35,126 bases of DNA, taken from positions 1 to 35,126 of the IMG/VR virus record IMGVR_UViG_3300032136_000012; one strand, written 5' to 3'. Source of the DNA: a virus (lineage: Duplodnaviria; Caudoviricetes). The position numbers and the translations under genes were made by a program. Shown here one piece after another: positions 1 to 7,509 of this stretch. How positions within the stretch are numbered: position 1 is the first letter of the stretch; each line of letters opens with the position of its first letter. Under the pieces are notes generated by a model. The model had not been told where the DNA came from, made no database searches, and saw only the letters and a list, made by a program, of their open reading frames with translations.

Positions 1-65
1 TAATGATAATTTAACACAGTGAGCCCCCCTGGCAAGCCCTATTTTGCTTTTTTATCAAATGTTTA

Positions 66-81
66 TGGCATGATTCTTGCT
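66..81 (+). promoter_or_regulatory. sigma54 (RpoN) -24/-12-type box TGGCATGATTCTTGCT
   Basis: Fits TGGCAYG-N4-TTGCW, with GG (67-68) and GC (79-80) exactly 12 nt apart. Confidence 0.6.
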
Positions 82-125
82 ACGCGTGTACGCCTGTTAA
101 TAGTGTAAACAAGACAAAGCAGCGC

Positions 126-142
126 CGCAAGAACCGTGCCAA
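126..142 (-). promoter_or_regulatory. sigma54-type box TTGGCACGGTTCTTGCG
   Basis: Reverse complement of 126-142 matches TGGCACG-N4-TTGC with canonical spacing. Confidence 0.6.
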
Positions 143-246
143 GTCTAAAACGCGCGACAGCCCGTTGTCCTATTGACCGATTAGCCTATTTACCGCATAG
201 CCTATCAAGCCTATCAAGCCCACACCAGGCATACCCCGAGCCCAGT

Positions 247-337
247 GCAAGATCCATGCCATGATAGGCTGTATAGGCTCCAGGCAAGATCCATGCCAAG
301 GTAGGCTGTATAGGCTCCATGCAAGATCCGTGCCAAG
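247..337. repeat. 37-bp tandem repeat, about 2.5 copies, each carrying a minus-strand sigma54-type box
   Basis: Units start at 247, 284 and 321: gcaagatccatgccatgataggctgtataggctccag / gcaagatccatgccaaggtaggctgtataggctccat / gcaagatccgtgccaag. Confidence 0.9.
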
Positions 338-649
338 AAAGGTCCTGAAAGCTTGAAAGCCTATACAGCCTCACTAGAATCGCCAGGTGTCACGCCGATG
401 TGACGCTGAAATTCTACCGAGGCTAGGATTCAATACAGTGGCACGGTAGATTTACAGGCTTGCTGTAATTCTGTACAGTGAGACTGTAAAATTACAGCCA
501 CACTTAAAAAATCGCGATACACCCTCCCCCTCTCTGGACATTAGACAGGCCAAAATAAACTATCCTACCTTTCCCTACACCTATATAGCCTATAAAGTCC
601 ATCGTGTCCCGATCAAGCCTACCCGGTCTTCATTTTTCGCCTATTTAGC

Positions 650-678
650 TTGACATCGGGGGTCCGATGTGTTATTAT
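650..678 (+). promoter_or_regulatory. sigma70-type promoter upstream of the terminase genes, with a palindrome in the spacer
   Basis: TTGACA (650-655), 17-nt spacer, TATTAT (673-678), extended -10 TG at 670-671; ACATCGG-N4-CCGATGT at 653-670. Confidence 0.7.
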
Positions 679-760
679 ACTACTTAGCGCTATTTCTGCG
701 CCTTCTTAATGAACCATTCCCCGAAAATACAGGCTTTTTAGCCAAAAAGGACCCAAAACA

Positions 761-1111
761 GTGGCAGGAACCAAGAAAAAGAGCCCTACGAGGGCGAAAA
801 AGCGTAAAGAGGCCCAAGAGGCGTCCCTAGACGCCGCAAAGCCGGCCCCGAGGCCGCCGAAGGCCCCCACTGCTGACAAAGAAGAGATTATCCGCCGATT
901 ATACGAGATTATGGACCTTTCTTCCGAAAAATGGCTTGCGATCCTCTCCAGCGACTCCTGGAAAGGTGTCGCGGTAGCGGCGGACTCGTTCCAACGAGCT
1001 GCCTTCTCGGCAGGGCAGATCGAGGCCCGGCTGGCCGGAACGGCCGGCATGTTCGAGGGAGATATCCACCTGAAGTGGAAGCCTTTGAAAAAGGCCAAAG
1101 AGGACGAATAG
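761..1111 (+). CDS. terS: putative terminase small subunit
   Basis: 116-aa protein with a basic N-terminus directly upstream of the large terminase; GTG start after AAAAGGA. Call is positional. Confidence 0.55.
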   Translation: MAGTKKKSPTRAKKRKEAQEASLDAAKPAPRPPKAPTADKEEIIRRLYEIMDLSSEKWLAILSSDSWKGVAVAADSFQRAAFSAGQIEARLAGTAGMFEGDIHLKWKPLKKAKEDE

Positions 1112-1130
1112 ACCGCGACCTTAGAGCTTA

Positions 1131-2522
1131 ATGGGAAAAATAAAGACTAACATGGAGTTAGGGGTGCATAACCCCTTCTCGAAGAGAAAACCGCAGCCAG
1201 TGCAGCAGGCACTGCTGAGCCAGGACCTCATGGGTCCCGCTGTGAAGCGGGTAAACCTCGTCACCGGACGAGGAGGCGGCAAGAGCTTCGGCGTCGGCCT
1301 CCTAACCTTCAAAGTCTGTATCGAGGATCCAGGGACAGTGGGCCTGGTAACAGCCCCAACGGCGGCCATGCTGCGAGACGTCTTCTTGGACGCCTGGCGG
1401 ACCATCGTCCCTCAGCGGCTTTACACCTACGTAAAGACCGAGAACACGATCCATATGATCAACGGATCGAAGATCCTCCTCCGAAGTCGCCACGCCGACA
1501 ACCCGTCTCGTGGACGAGAGCTCGCTCGAGGTCTCAACATCAACTGGTGCATCGACGACGAGGCCGCGCTTGGCTTCCAGTCCGAGCAGTACCTCAATGT
1601 GGATGCCTGCATCAGACGACCGGGAAACTACCGATTCCACGTCACGATCACAACCCCTAGGTTGGGGAATGAGTACTACGACTTTGTGACTCAGGAGGGC
1701 CACGTCCTCCTTGACGGTTTCACAACCATGGACAACCCCTGGCTCCCCGAACAGTTCGGGCAGAACCTGGAAGGGCAGATGTCGGAGCGGCAGGCGGAAA
1801 GGGAGATCTATGGCAAGTGGACTGAGTTGGAGGGCTTTATCTGGCCAGATTTCAAGCTGGAAACGTGGCCTGACGGAAACCTCCATGAGCATACTCATGA
1901 TCATTCGGAACCGTATATTCTCGCTTTTGACCCAGGAGTCGCCAGCTCTGCATGGCTGCTGCTTCAGAAGGTACCAGCTGTTGACAGATACGACCGAGAG
2001 GTCATTCCGGGAGAGGATTATGTCTGGGTTGCCACGGCCGAATACACGCCGAAGGTCGACGGGAGTGCGACTGCTATTCTTAGTGACATTGCTGAAGAGT
2101 ATGGGACTCCTCAGCGAATTGTTGCTGGGCACGATATCAATACTCGGTCGGACACTAATGGCCGTACAATCAAGTATTACATCCGTCAGATCTTTGGTGC
2201 ACACCCTTCGATCACGCCGATAGTCGGCGAGAAGCAGGACAAGCGCCGGCAGTACAACCGGCTCTCCTGGATGATCAAGGACTCGGCGGGCAGCCGTCGC
2301 TTTTGCGTCTCCAAAGATCTCAAGAGCCACAACCCCACCACGAAACGTGGTGTCTTGAAAGTATTCCAGCAGGACGTATGGCCTGACGAGCTCAAGCGCC
2401 GTCGAGGCGACTTCCTGCCCAAAGATAAAAGACTCGAGCACATGCGGGACGCCATGCTCTATTTCGCAATATGGGCCTCCCCGCCGCGCTTCGTCAAAGC
2501 CAGCACCATTCCAAGTAACTAA
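1131..2522 (+). CDS. terL: terminase large subunit
   Basis: Walker A GRGGGKS, Walker B WCIDDE, motif III ITTP, TTMDNPWL, nuclease-domain AFDPG and C-terminal HMRDAMLY. Confidence 0.93.
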   Translation: MGKIKTNMELGVHNPFSKRKPQPVQQALLSQDLMGPAVKRVNLVTGRGGGKSFGVGLLTFKVCIEDPGTVGLVTAPTAAMLRDVFLDAWRTIVPQRLYTYVKTENTIHMINGSKILLRSRHADNPSRGRELARGLNINWCIDDEAALGFQSEQYLNVDACIRRPGNYRFHVTITTPRLGNEYYDFVTQEGHVLLDGFTTMDNPWLPEQFGQNLEGQMSERQAEREIYGKWTELEGFIWPDFKLETWPDGNLHEHTHDHSEPYILAFDPGVASSAWLLLQKVPAVDRYDREVIPGEDYVWVATAEYTPKVDGSATAILSDIAEEYGTPQRIVAGHDINTRSDTNGRTIKYYIRQIFGAHPSITPIVGEKQDKRRQYNRLSWMIKDSAGSRRFCVSKDLKSHNPTTKRGVLKVFQQDVWPDELKRRRGDFLPKDKRLEHMRDAMLYFAIWASPPRFVKASTIPSN

Positions 2523-2530
2523 AGGACCCC

Positions 2531-4177
2531 ATGCTAGATTACGGACTCGAACGAGGAAAAGACATCCTGCGCTTCTCGCTGCGAGAGCTGCAGGCGGTCT
2601 CGATAGAGATCGACAACATCAACGTCGATGACGCCCTCAGTTACTTCGGGCGACAAGAAGACGTGAAAGCCGTTCGGGACAAAATGGTGGACCGGTTCGC
2701 AACTGGCGTCTACAAAGACGAAACAGGCTTCGAGTTCTTCATAAAGGCTGCTGAGTCAGAGATGATCGACGCCGGGCTCTACGAGTCCGTGACGTCCGGT
2801 CTAGGCCCCCGAGTCGTCGCCTCCTTGGCGAACCTATTCACCCTACCTACGCAATCGTGGGACTGGGTAGGTCCGGACTCCGTCCGGAATGAGGAGGTCA
2901 CAGCCAGAATGGTCGCGATCCGCGAGCATGGCCAGTTCCAAGAAGGGATCACCAAGGCTGATCAGATCGCGGTGTCTGTGAACACTGGGCCTCTCATGAT
3001 CGCCTCCCAAGGTGGGACCTTGCGATATATGCCCTTCTCCCCGTCCTGCATGTACGCCATGTACCATGACGAGGTCTACGAGGAAGGGCAGCTCAGGGGA
3101 GTTGACTACACCGACATCGAGGATGCCACTGTAGTGATCGTGCAAGTCTCGCAGAAACGAGACTCCAACGTCTCGAACCCCAACGAGGCTGCCTTTCTGG
3201 CAATCTTCGGGCGATCCGAAGAGTACCCTAACGGCAGGTACGTGTCGTACCTAGCGACAGATTATGACGAGATCCCCGACGTGGGGAACGAGAAAGCCTA
3301 CGATTACGTAGGACCGGATGGTAATCCGGCCAATCCCCTGTCTCTCTACGCGAACCAGAATCCGGATCGCTACATACCTGAGTACCCCTTCGTGATCTTC
3401 CGAGGTGGGTACGATCTGACGACTGACACCCTGCTGCCTGTGACTACGTCACTGTGGGAGAGCTGCCTTGAGGTAGACGTGGCCTTCAGCCGGTTGCTGA
3501 AAGACAGCCTCCGCTCCGCGAGAGGAACGACCGTATTCCGCAATCCCGACGGGGATCCCCTGCCACCCTCCCTCGAGGGAGACGTGGTCATGAGTGGTGA
3601 CAACCAGACTATGGAGTTCCTCGGGCGAGACGCCTCTAACTCCGTTAGTGCGCTGAACGTCGTGCGACAGCTGGCCCGCAGCGTAGCGGAGGGATTCAGT
3701 GTCCCCGGCTACCAGGTCATGTCCGAGACGACGTCGATCCCCGAGAGCGGGGTAGCGCTGACAATCAGGACGCAGCCTCTCATCGACTTCAGAGACCGCA
3801 GGGTCGAGATGAACAAGTCCGCCGTGCGGCGGCTCTTCGAGATCGAGAAGGCGCTAATAGCCTTCCATGGCTTGGATGAGCCCATCAGCGAGGACGTCTC
3901 CCAAGTATGGATCCCTGGAAGGTATATCATACCTGAAGCGAAGATTGACAGAGTCAACCGACTCTCTATCGCTCTTGACAAAGACCTGATTGATTATGTT
4001 CGCGCTGTGCGCGACTACCACGACTTCTCGACGGACGAGGAGGCGATGGGCTTCATCGACATGATGGAGGAACGAAAGGCTGATTACCCGAAGCCTAGCG
4101 AGGAACGAGCTAAGGAGCTCCAGAGCTCGGGAGGCTTTTTCGGCGATTCAGGCGAAGAAGTAGACGATGATGCTTAA
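2531..4177 (+). CDS. portal protein
   Basis: 548 aa immediately after terL; ESGVAL motif typical of portal C-terminal regions; acidic tail; AAAGGA RBS. Confidence 0.8.
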   Translation: MLDYGLERGKDILRFSLRELQAVSIEIDNINVDDALSYFGRQEDVKAVRDKMVDRFATGVYKDETGFEFFIKAAESEMIDAGLYESVTSGLGPRVVASLANLFTLPTQSWDWVGPDSVRNEEVTARMVAIREHGQFQEGITKADQIAVSVNTGPLMIASQGGTLRYMPFSPSCMYAMYHDEVYEEGQLRGVDYTDIEDATVVIVQVSQKRDSNVSNPNEAAFLAIFGRSEEYPNGRYVSYLATDYDEIPDVGNEKAYDYVGPDGNPANPLSLYANQNPDRYIPEYPFVIFRGGYDLTTDTLLPVTTSLWESCLEVDVAFSRLLKDSLRSARGTTVFRNPDGDPLPPSLEGDVVMSGDNQTMEFLGRDASNSVSALNVVRQLARSVAEGFSVPGYQVMSETTSIPESGVALTIRTQPLIDFRDRRVEMNKSAVRRLFEIEKALIAFHGLDEPISEDVSQVWIPGRYIIPEAKIDRVNRLSIALDKDLIDYVRAVRDYHDFSTDEEAMGFIDMMEERKADYPKPSEERAKELQSSGGFFGDSGEEVDDDA

Positions 4178-4355
4178 GATTTTTATTTGGAAGTGCGGTT
4201 CTTGTGGAACCGACTTCGAAGTCTTCTATAACGCCGCAGAGCTCAAGGAGCTCATTGAAGACGGAACTCCGCAGCTATGTCTCTGTGGAGGCAACTTATA
4301 CCCTTACAACTTCAAGAACAACTCACAGCGATGGCGATTCGCTGACGAGATATAA
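4167..4355 (+). CDS. small zinc-ribbon protein (FmdB-like)
   Basis: WKCGSCGTDFEV...CLCGG cysteine pattern; overlaps the portal stop and fills the gap. Confidence 0.6.
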   Translation: MMLKIFIWKCGSCGTDFEVFYNAAELKELIEDGTPQLCLCGGNLYPYNFKNNSQRWRFADEI

Positions 4356-4438
4356 TCTCGGTCGCAGAGACCGTTACCTCTGCAACCTCTGATCTTGCAA
4401 CCCCGTTCGTGGCCGGTTAGCCCACGTAGTGAGAGACG

Positions 4439-5017
4439 ATGGACGAAGAAAACAGAAACCCCGACCAAGTAGAAGCGACATCCGAAGAAGAAACGAAAAG
4501 CGACTGGAGAGAAGAGCCTGGTGCAAAAGCGATGCGAAAGCAGATCGCAGAACTCCAGAAGAAACTCGAAAGCCGCGACAGGGCCTCGGAAGAGGCCGCC
4601 GCAAAGAGAGAGCGAAAGAAGCTCGAAGACCGCGAGCAGTACGACGTACTGATGAAACAGAAAGAGGACGAGATCGCGACCTTGAGGTCCGAATTCGAGT
4701 CCCAAATGACCGCTAAGGAGCTCGACATTGCTCTGGTCCAGGCAGGGTTCTCGAACTCTTTGCTCCTTCAAGGAGCGAAAGCTGGATACGATGGTTCTGT
4801 TCCGATCCCCGACTACGTCGAGGCTCTCCTGGCCGATGAGTCTGTACAAGCTATCATCTCTCCGGCCGAGCAGACGGCTGCTCCGTCTCCCAAGTTCAGC
4901 AAACCTTCTCCGAAGTCATCTACGAAGTCACTTGATGAAAGACTGGCAGAAGGCGACAAAGATGCACAGATGCAAAAGCTCGCCGAACTGACAGGACTCA
5001 ATTTACGTAGGAGTTAA
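4439..5017 (+). CDS. capsid scaffolding protein
   Basis: 192 aa, acidic coiled-coil N-half and Pro/Ser-rich linker, directly before the capsid gene. Confidence 0.75.
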   Translation: MDEENRNPDQVEATSEEETKSDWREEPGAKAMRKQIAELQKKLESRDRASEEAAAKRERKKLEDREQYDVLMKQKEDEIATLRSEFESQMTAKELDIALVQAGFSNSLLLQGAKAGYDGSVPIPDYVEALLADESVQAIISPAEQTAAPSPKFSKPSPKSSTKSLDERLAEGDKDAQMQKLAELTGLNLRRS

Positions 5018-5019
5018 AC

Positions 5020-5970
5020 ATGGCTGGTGCTACCAAGACCACCCTCGCAACCGCGATCAAAACTACTTTTGAAGCTGGTATGCGCAAGACCTTCTACGAG
5101 GGAACACCTCTCCTGAATCTCTTCCCCCGTAGATCAAACATCGGCGGCGACTCCGTCGACTGGAAAATCAATTACGCTGGCAACGCCGGTGCCACCTACT
5201 CGGAAGGCGACACGCCCCCGGCAGCTGGAAACCAGAGCTACATCGACGCGACCGTCGGCCATCAGCACTTCTGGAACGTCGTTCAGATCACTGGACACGC
5301 CAAAGACGCCCTGGCCAATGGCTATTTCGACGGCGTAGCCAAGGAGATGGAAGGCGGGGTCTCCGGGCTCCTGCACAAGATCGAAGAGACCTTCATCTCC
5401 ACGTTCGAAGGCGCGATCAACGACGACACCAGCTATGCTGGTCTCACACGCGCCACGTACGGCTTAGCGTCTGACGTCACCGCAGGGGGCACCGCTGCCC
5501 TGACTCTCGCCATGCTGAGCGAGATGTACGAGACTCTGAAGCTCGACCCCCGGGCTGTTGTTTTCAACAACCCCAAAGAGTGGATGATTCTTTCGAATCC
5601 GGTCCAAGAGACCGCGTACACGGAAGTTGCAACTGGAATCACAGTGTCGGATATCACTTCTGCTGATACGGCCGCTTCTGGTATGCACCTCCCCTACAAC
5701 ACCTCGCAGAACGACCCCAGCCTCGACGCTGGTCTGCTGAAGCACACCATCGAATACAACAAGATTCCTTGGTTCTCCGTTCCCACGATGACAAACAGCC
5801 TCGTGCTGCTCACTCGTAGAAGTGACATCCTGATCGAAGAAGCCCGCCCGCTGACTATCGAGCCCCTCGGCAAGATCGACGACAGCGACCGCTTCCTCTT
5901 GACCTGGGCTGGACAGATTGTTCACCTCGATCCCTACCGAGCCGGTAGAATCGAAGCCCTCACCACATAG
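5020..5970 (+). CDS. major capsid protein (HK97 fold presumed)
   Basis: 316 aa after the scaffold; strong TAGGAG RBS; YSEGD E-loop-like motif; strongly C-ending codons. Confidence 0.85.
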   Translation: MAGATKTTLATAIKTTFEAGMRKTFYEGTPLLNLFPRRSNIGGDSVDWKINYAGNAGATYSEGDTPPAAGNQSYIDATVGHQHFWNVVQITGHAKDALANGYFDGVAKEMEGGVSGLLHKIEETFISTFEGAINDDTSYAGLTRATYGLASDVTAGGTAALTLAMLSEMYETLKLDPRAVVFNNPKEWMILSNPVQETAYTEVATGITVSDITSADTAASGMHLPYNTSQNDPSLDAGLLKHTIEYNKIPWFSVPTMTNSLVLLTRRSDILIEEARPLTIEPLGKIDDSDRFLLTWAGQIVHLDPYRAGRIEALTT

Positions 5971-5979
5971 GAGTAGAAC

Positions 5980-6342
5980 ATGGCTAACGATCCTATGACC
6001 GTTGTAAGCGCGACGAGCTTCACTCTTCGCGAAGGATTAAGAATGACAACGTTGGTCGTGTCTGGTCCCGCAGACTACGATGCCACCAACGGCTCTGCTT
6101 TTGACGTATCTGACTACGTCTCTAGCATTTACTCTCTGGACCTCCAGGGTGTAACGGCGAAGGCCGATGCCCTGATCAATGCCCGCTACGTTAACGACGA
6201 CTTCACTGACGCCGACGGTGGGGCAGTGTACTTCACCTGGGACTCCTCGACAGCCGCTGACGCGGTTTTTGAGAACGTCACCGACACTACGAACCTTTCT
6301 GGTTACGTATGGCAGGTGCTGCTCATTGGAGCTCCCGCCTGA
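5980..6342 (+). CDS. putative capsid decoration/cement protein
   Basis: 120-aa acidic beta-rich protein right after the capsid gene, with a TAGGAG RBS. Confidence 0.55.
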   Translation: MANDPMTVVSATSFTLREGLRMTTLVVSGPADYDATNGSAFDVSDYVSSIYSLDLQGVTAKADALINARYVNDDFTDADGGAVYFTWDSSTAADAVFENVTDTTNLSGYVWQVLLIGAPA

Positions 6343-6359
6343 TCTGAATAGATCTACCT

Positions 6360-6376
6360 AGCCGAGAGAGGCTTTT
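6360..6376 (+). terminator. possible weak intrinsic terminator after the capsid/decoration genes
   Basis: AGCC-gagaga-GGCT followed by TTT; the stem is only 4 bp. Confidence 0.25.
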
Positions 6377-6457
6377 GAGCTGTGCCGTCTCTGTACCGAG
6401 AAGAAGTCGTTACCTTCTCAGCCGGTGCAGCTCTACCTTTAACGAAGGAGAAATTTT

Positions 6458-7168
6458 ATGCCTATTTCTTGGGGACAATTAGAAGCCCTCTCTGCGCGAA
6501 AGAAAGCGCACTCATCTCTTAAAAAAGTCATAACCGCAAAGAACTACGGCTGGGACTCTGGCCAATGGACCTTGACGGAACTCGTCCAGAGCTCCGACCC
6601 GAGGAAGTTCCTCGGCTACCAGATCCTCGAAGGGATCCAGCCAGACGGTAGGAAGCACGTCGGTTCCGAGCTCAAAGCAGCCGGCGGAGCTGGCCCCTTC
6701 CTGTTTCGCTTCGAAGTCTTGACCCGGCAAGCCTGCGTCCGAGACGCCGACGGGAACACGATCTTCTCAACTGAAGAGGCTCTGGATGCCATCGGAGACG
6801 AGGGAGACTTTGTCTGTGATGCCAAGGACAAGCCACAGCCTGGTGACATCGTAGAATGGAAAGGTCATCGCCGGACGTGGGACGACGAGGGCGACCGCGA
6901 GGTCACTTCTGGGGTTCTCAAGGAATGGGCTCTTCGAGGAGAGCGACCGGTCACGTACGTCGAATTCGAAGTAGACGATACAGGTTGTATCATGGTTCCT
7001 TACCCCTACGCCTTGTCCATGCTGCAGCAGAACGGCGAGCGGCTGGTCCACCCTGAGTTCAAGAAGAAAGACAAGCAAAAGCCGACCAAGCGTCGGATCA
7101 CCAATTGGTGGTTCCGAGAAGTGCATACTCAGGAGCCGCTGAAGAAAAGTAAGAAAGGCAGCAAATAA
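6458..7168 (+). CDS. hypothetical protein
   Basis: 236-aa ORF with AAGGAG RBS and Lys-rich C-terminus; TAATG overlap with the next gene. Confidence 0.8.
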   Translation: MPISWGQLEALSARKKAHSSLKKVITAKNYGWDSGQWTLTELVQSSDPRKFLGYQILEGIQPDGRKHVGSELKAAGGAGPFLFRFEVLTRQACVRDADGNTIFSTEEALDAIGDEGDFVCDAKDKPQPGDIVEWKGHRRTWDDEGDREVTSGVLKEWALRGERPVTYVEFEVDDTGCIMVPYPYALSMLQQNGERLVHPEFKKKDKQKPTKRRITNWWFREVHTQEPLKKSKKGSK

Positions 7169-7509
7169 TGACGTCTCTACTGACCGACCGAGCTCTACTG
7201 GCTATCGTCGGGGAACTCCCCGCGCAGGGGGACACGGTCACTCTTAGCCTGTCTACCTCCGCTGCTACCACGGCTACGGAGCTGACCACTGGCAAGAAGT
7301 ATGACATCGTTTGCGATGTGGACTGCTTTGTCTGTTCGAGCACGGTAGGTGCGGACGACGCGACTACCTCTGACTACTTCCTTCCCGCACTGACGATTGT
7401 TGCCTTCACGCCTGGCGAGACCAACACCTACGTGTCTGGCATCCTGGCCTCAGGGACCGGAACGCTGTTCATCTGCCCCAGAACCCCCGTCAACAAAGCT
7501 GCTGAATAA
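7168..7509 (+). CDS. hypothetical virion protein (possible head-fibre base)
   Basis: 113 aa, Thr/Ala-rich beta-type sequence, coupled by TAATG overlaps on both sides. Confidence 0.65.
   Translation: MTSLLTDRALLAIVGELPAQGDTVTLSLSTSAATTATELTTGKKYDIVCDVDCFVCSSTVGADDATTSDYFLPALTIVAFTPGETNTYVSGILASGTGTLFICPRTPVNKAAE

Noticed and set aside
30-48. Further sigma54-like partial boxes (TGGCAAG...TTGCT at 30-48; TGGCACG at 439-445)
   Set aside because: Spacing is wrong in the first and the -12 TTGC is missing in the second.
247-337. 37-bp repeats as a mini CRISPR array
   Set aside because: Units are contiguous with no unique spacers, and the only Cas4-like gene is the usual DUF2800 replication-module nuclease.
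186-374. 62-aa minus-strand ORF over the repeats
   Set aside because: Its repeated WHG.. peptides simply mirror the DNA repeat; no convincing RBS.
1302-2441. 379-aa antisense ORF inside terL, and similar antisense ORFs over structural and polymerase genes
   Set aside because: Expected shadow frames from strong C/G third-position bias; no motifs or RBS.
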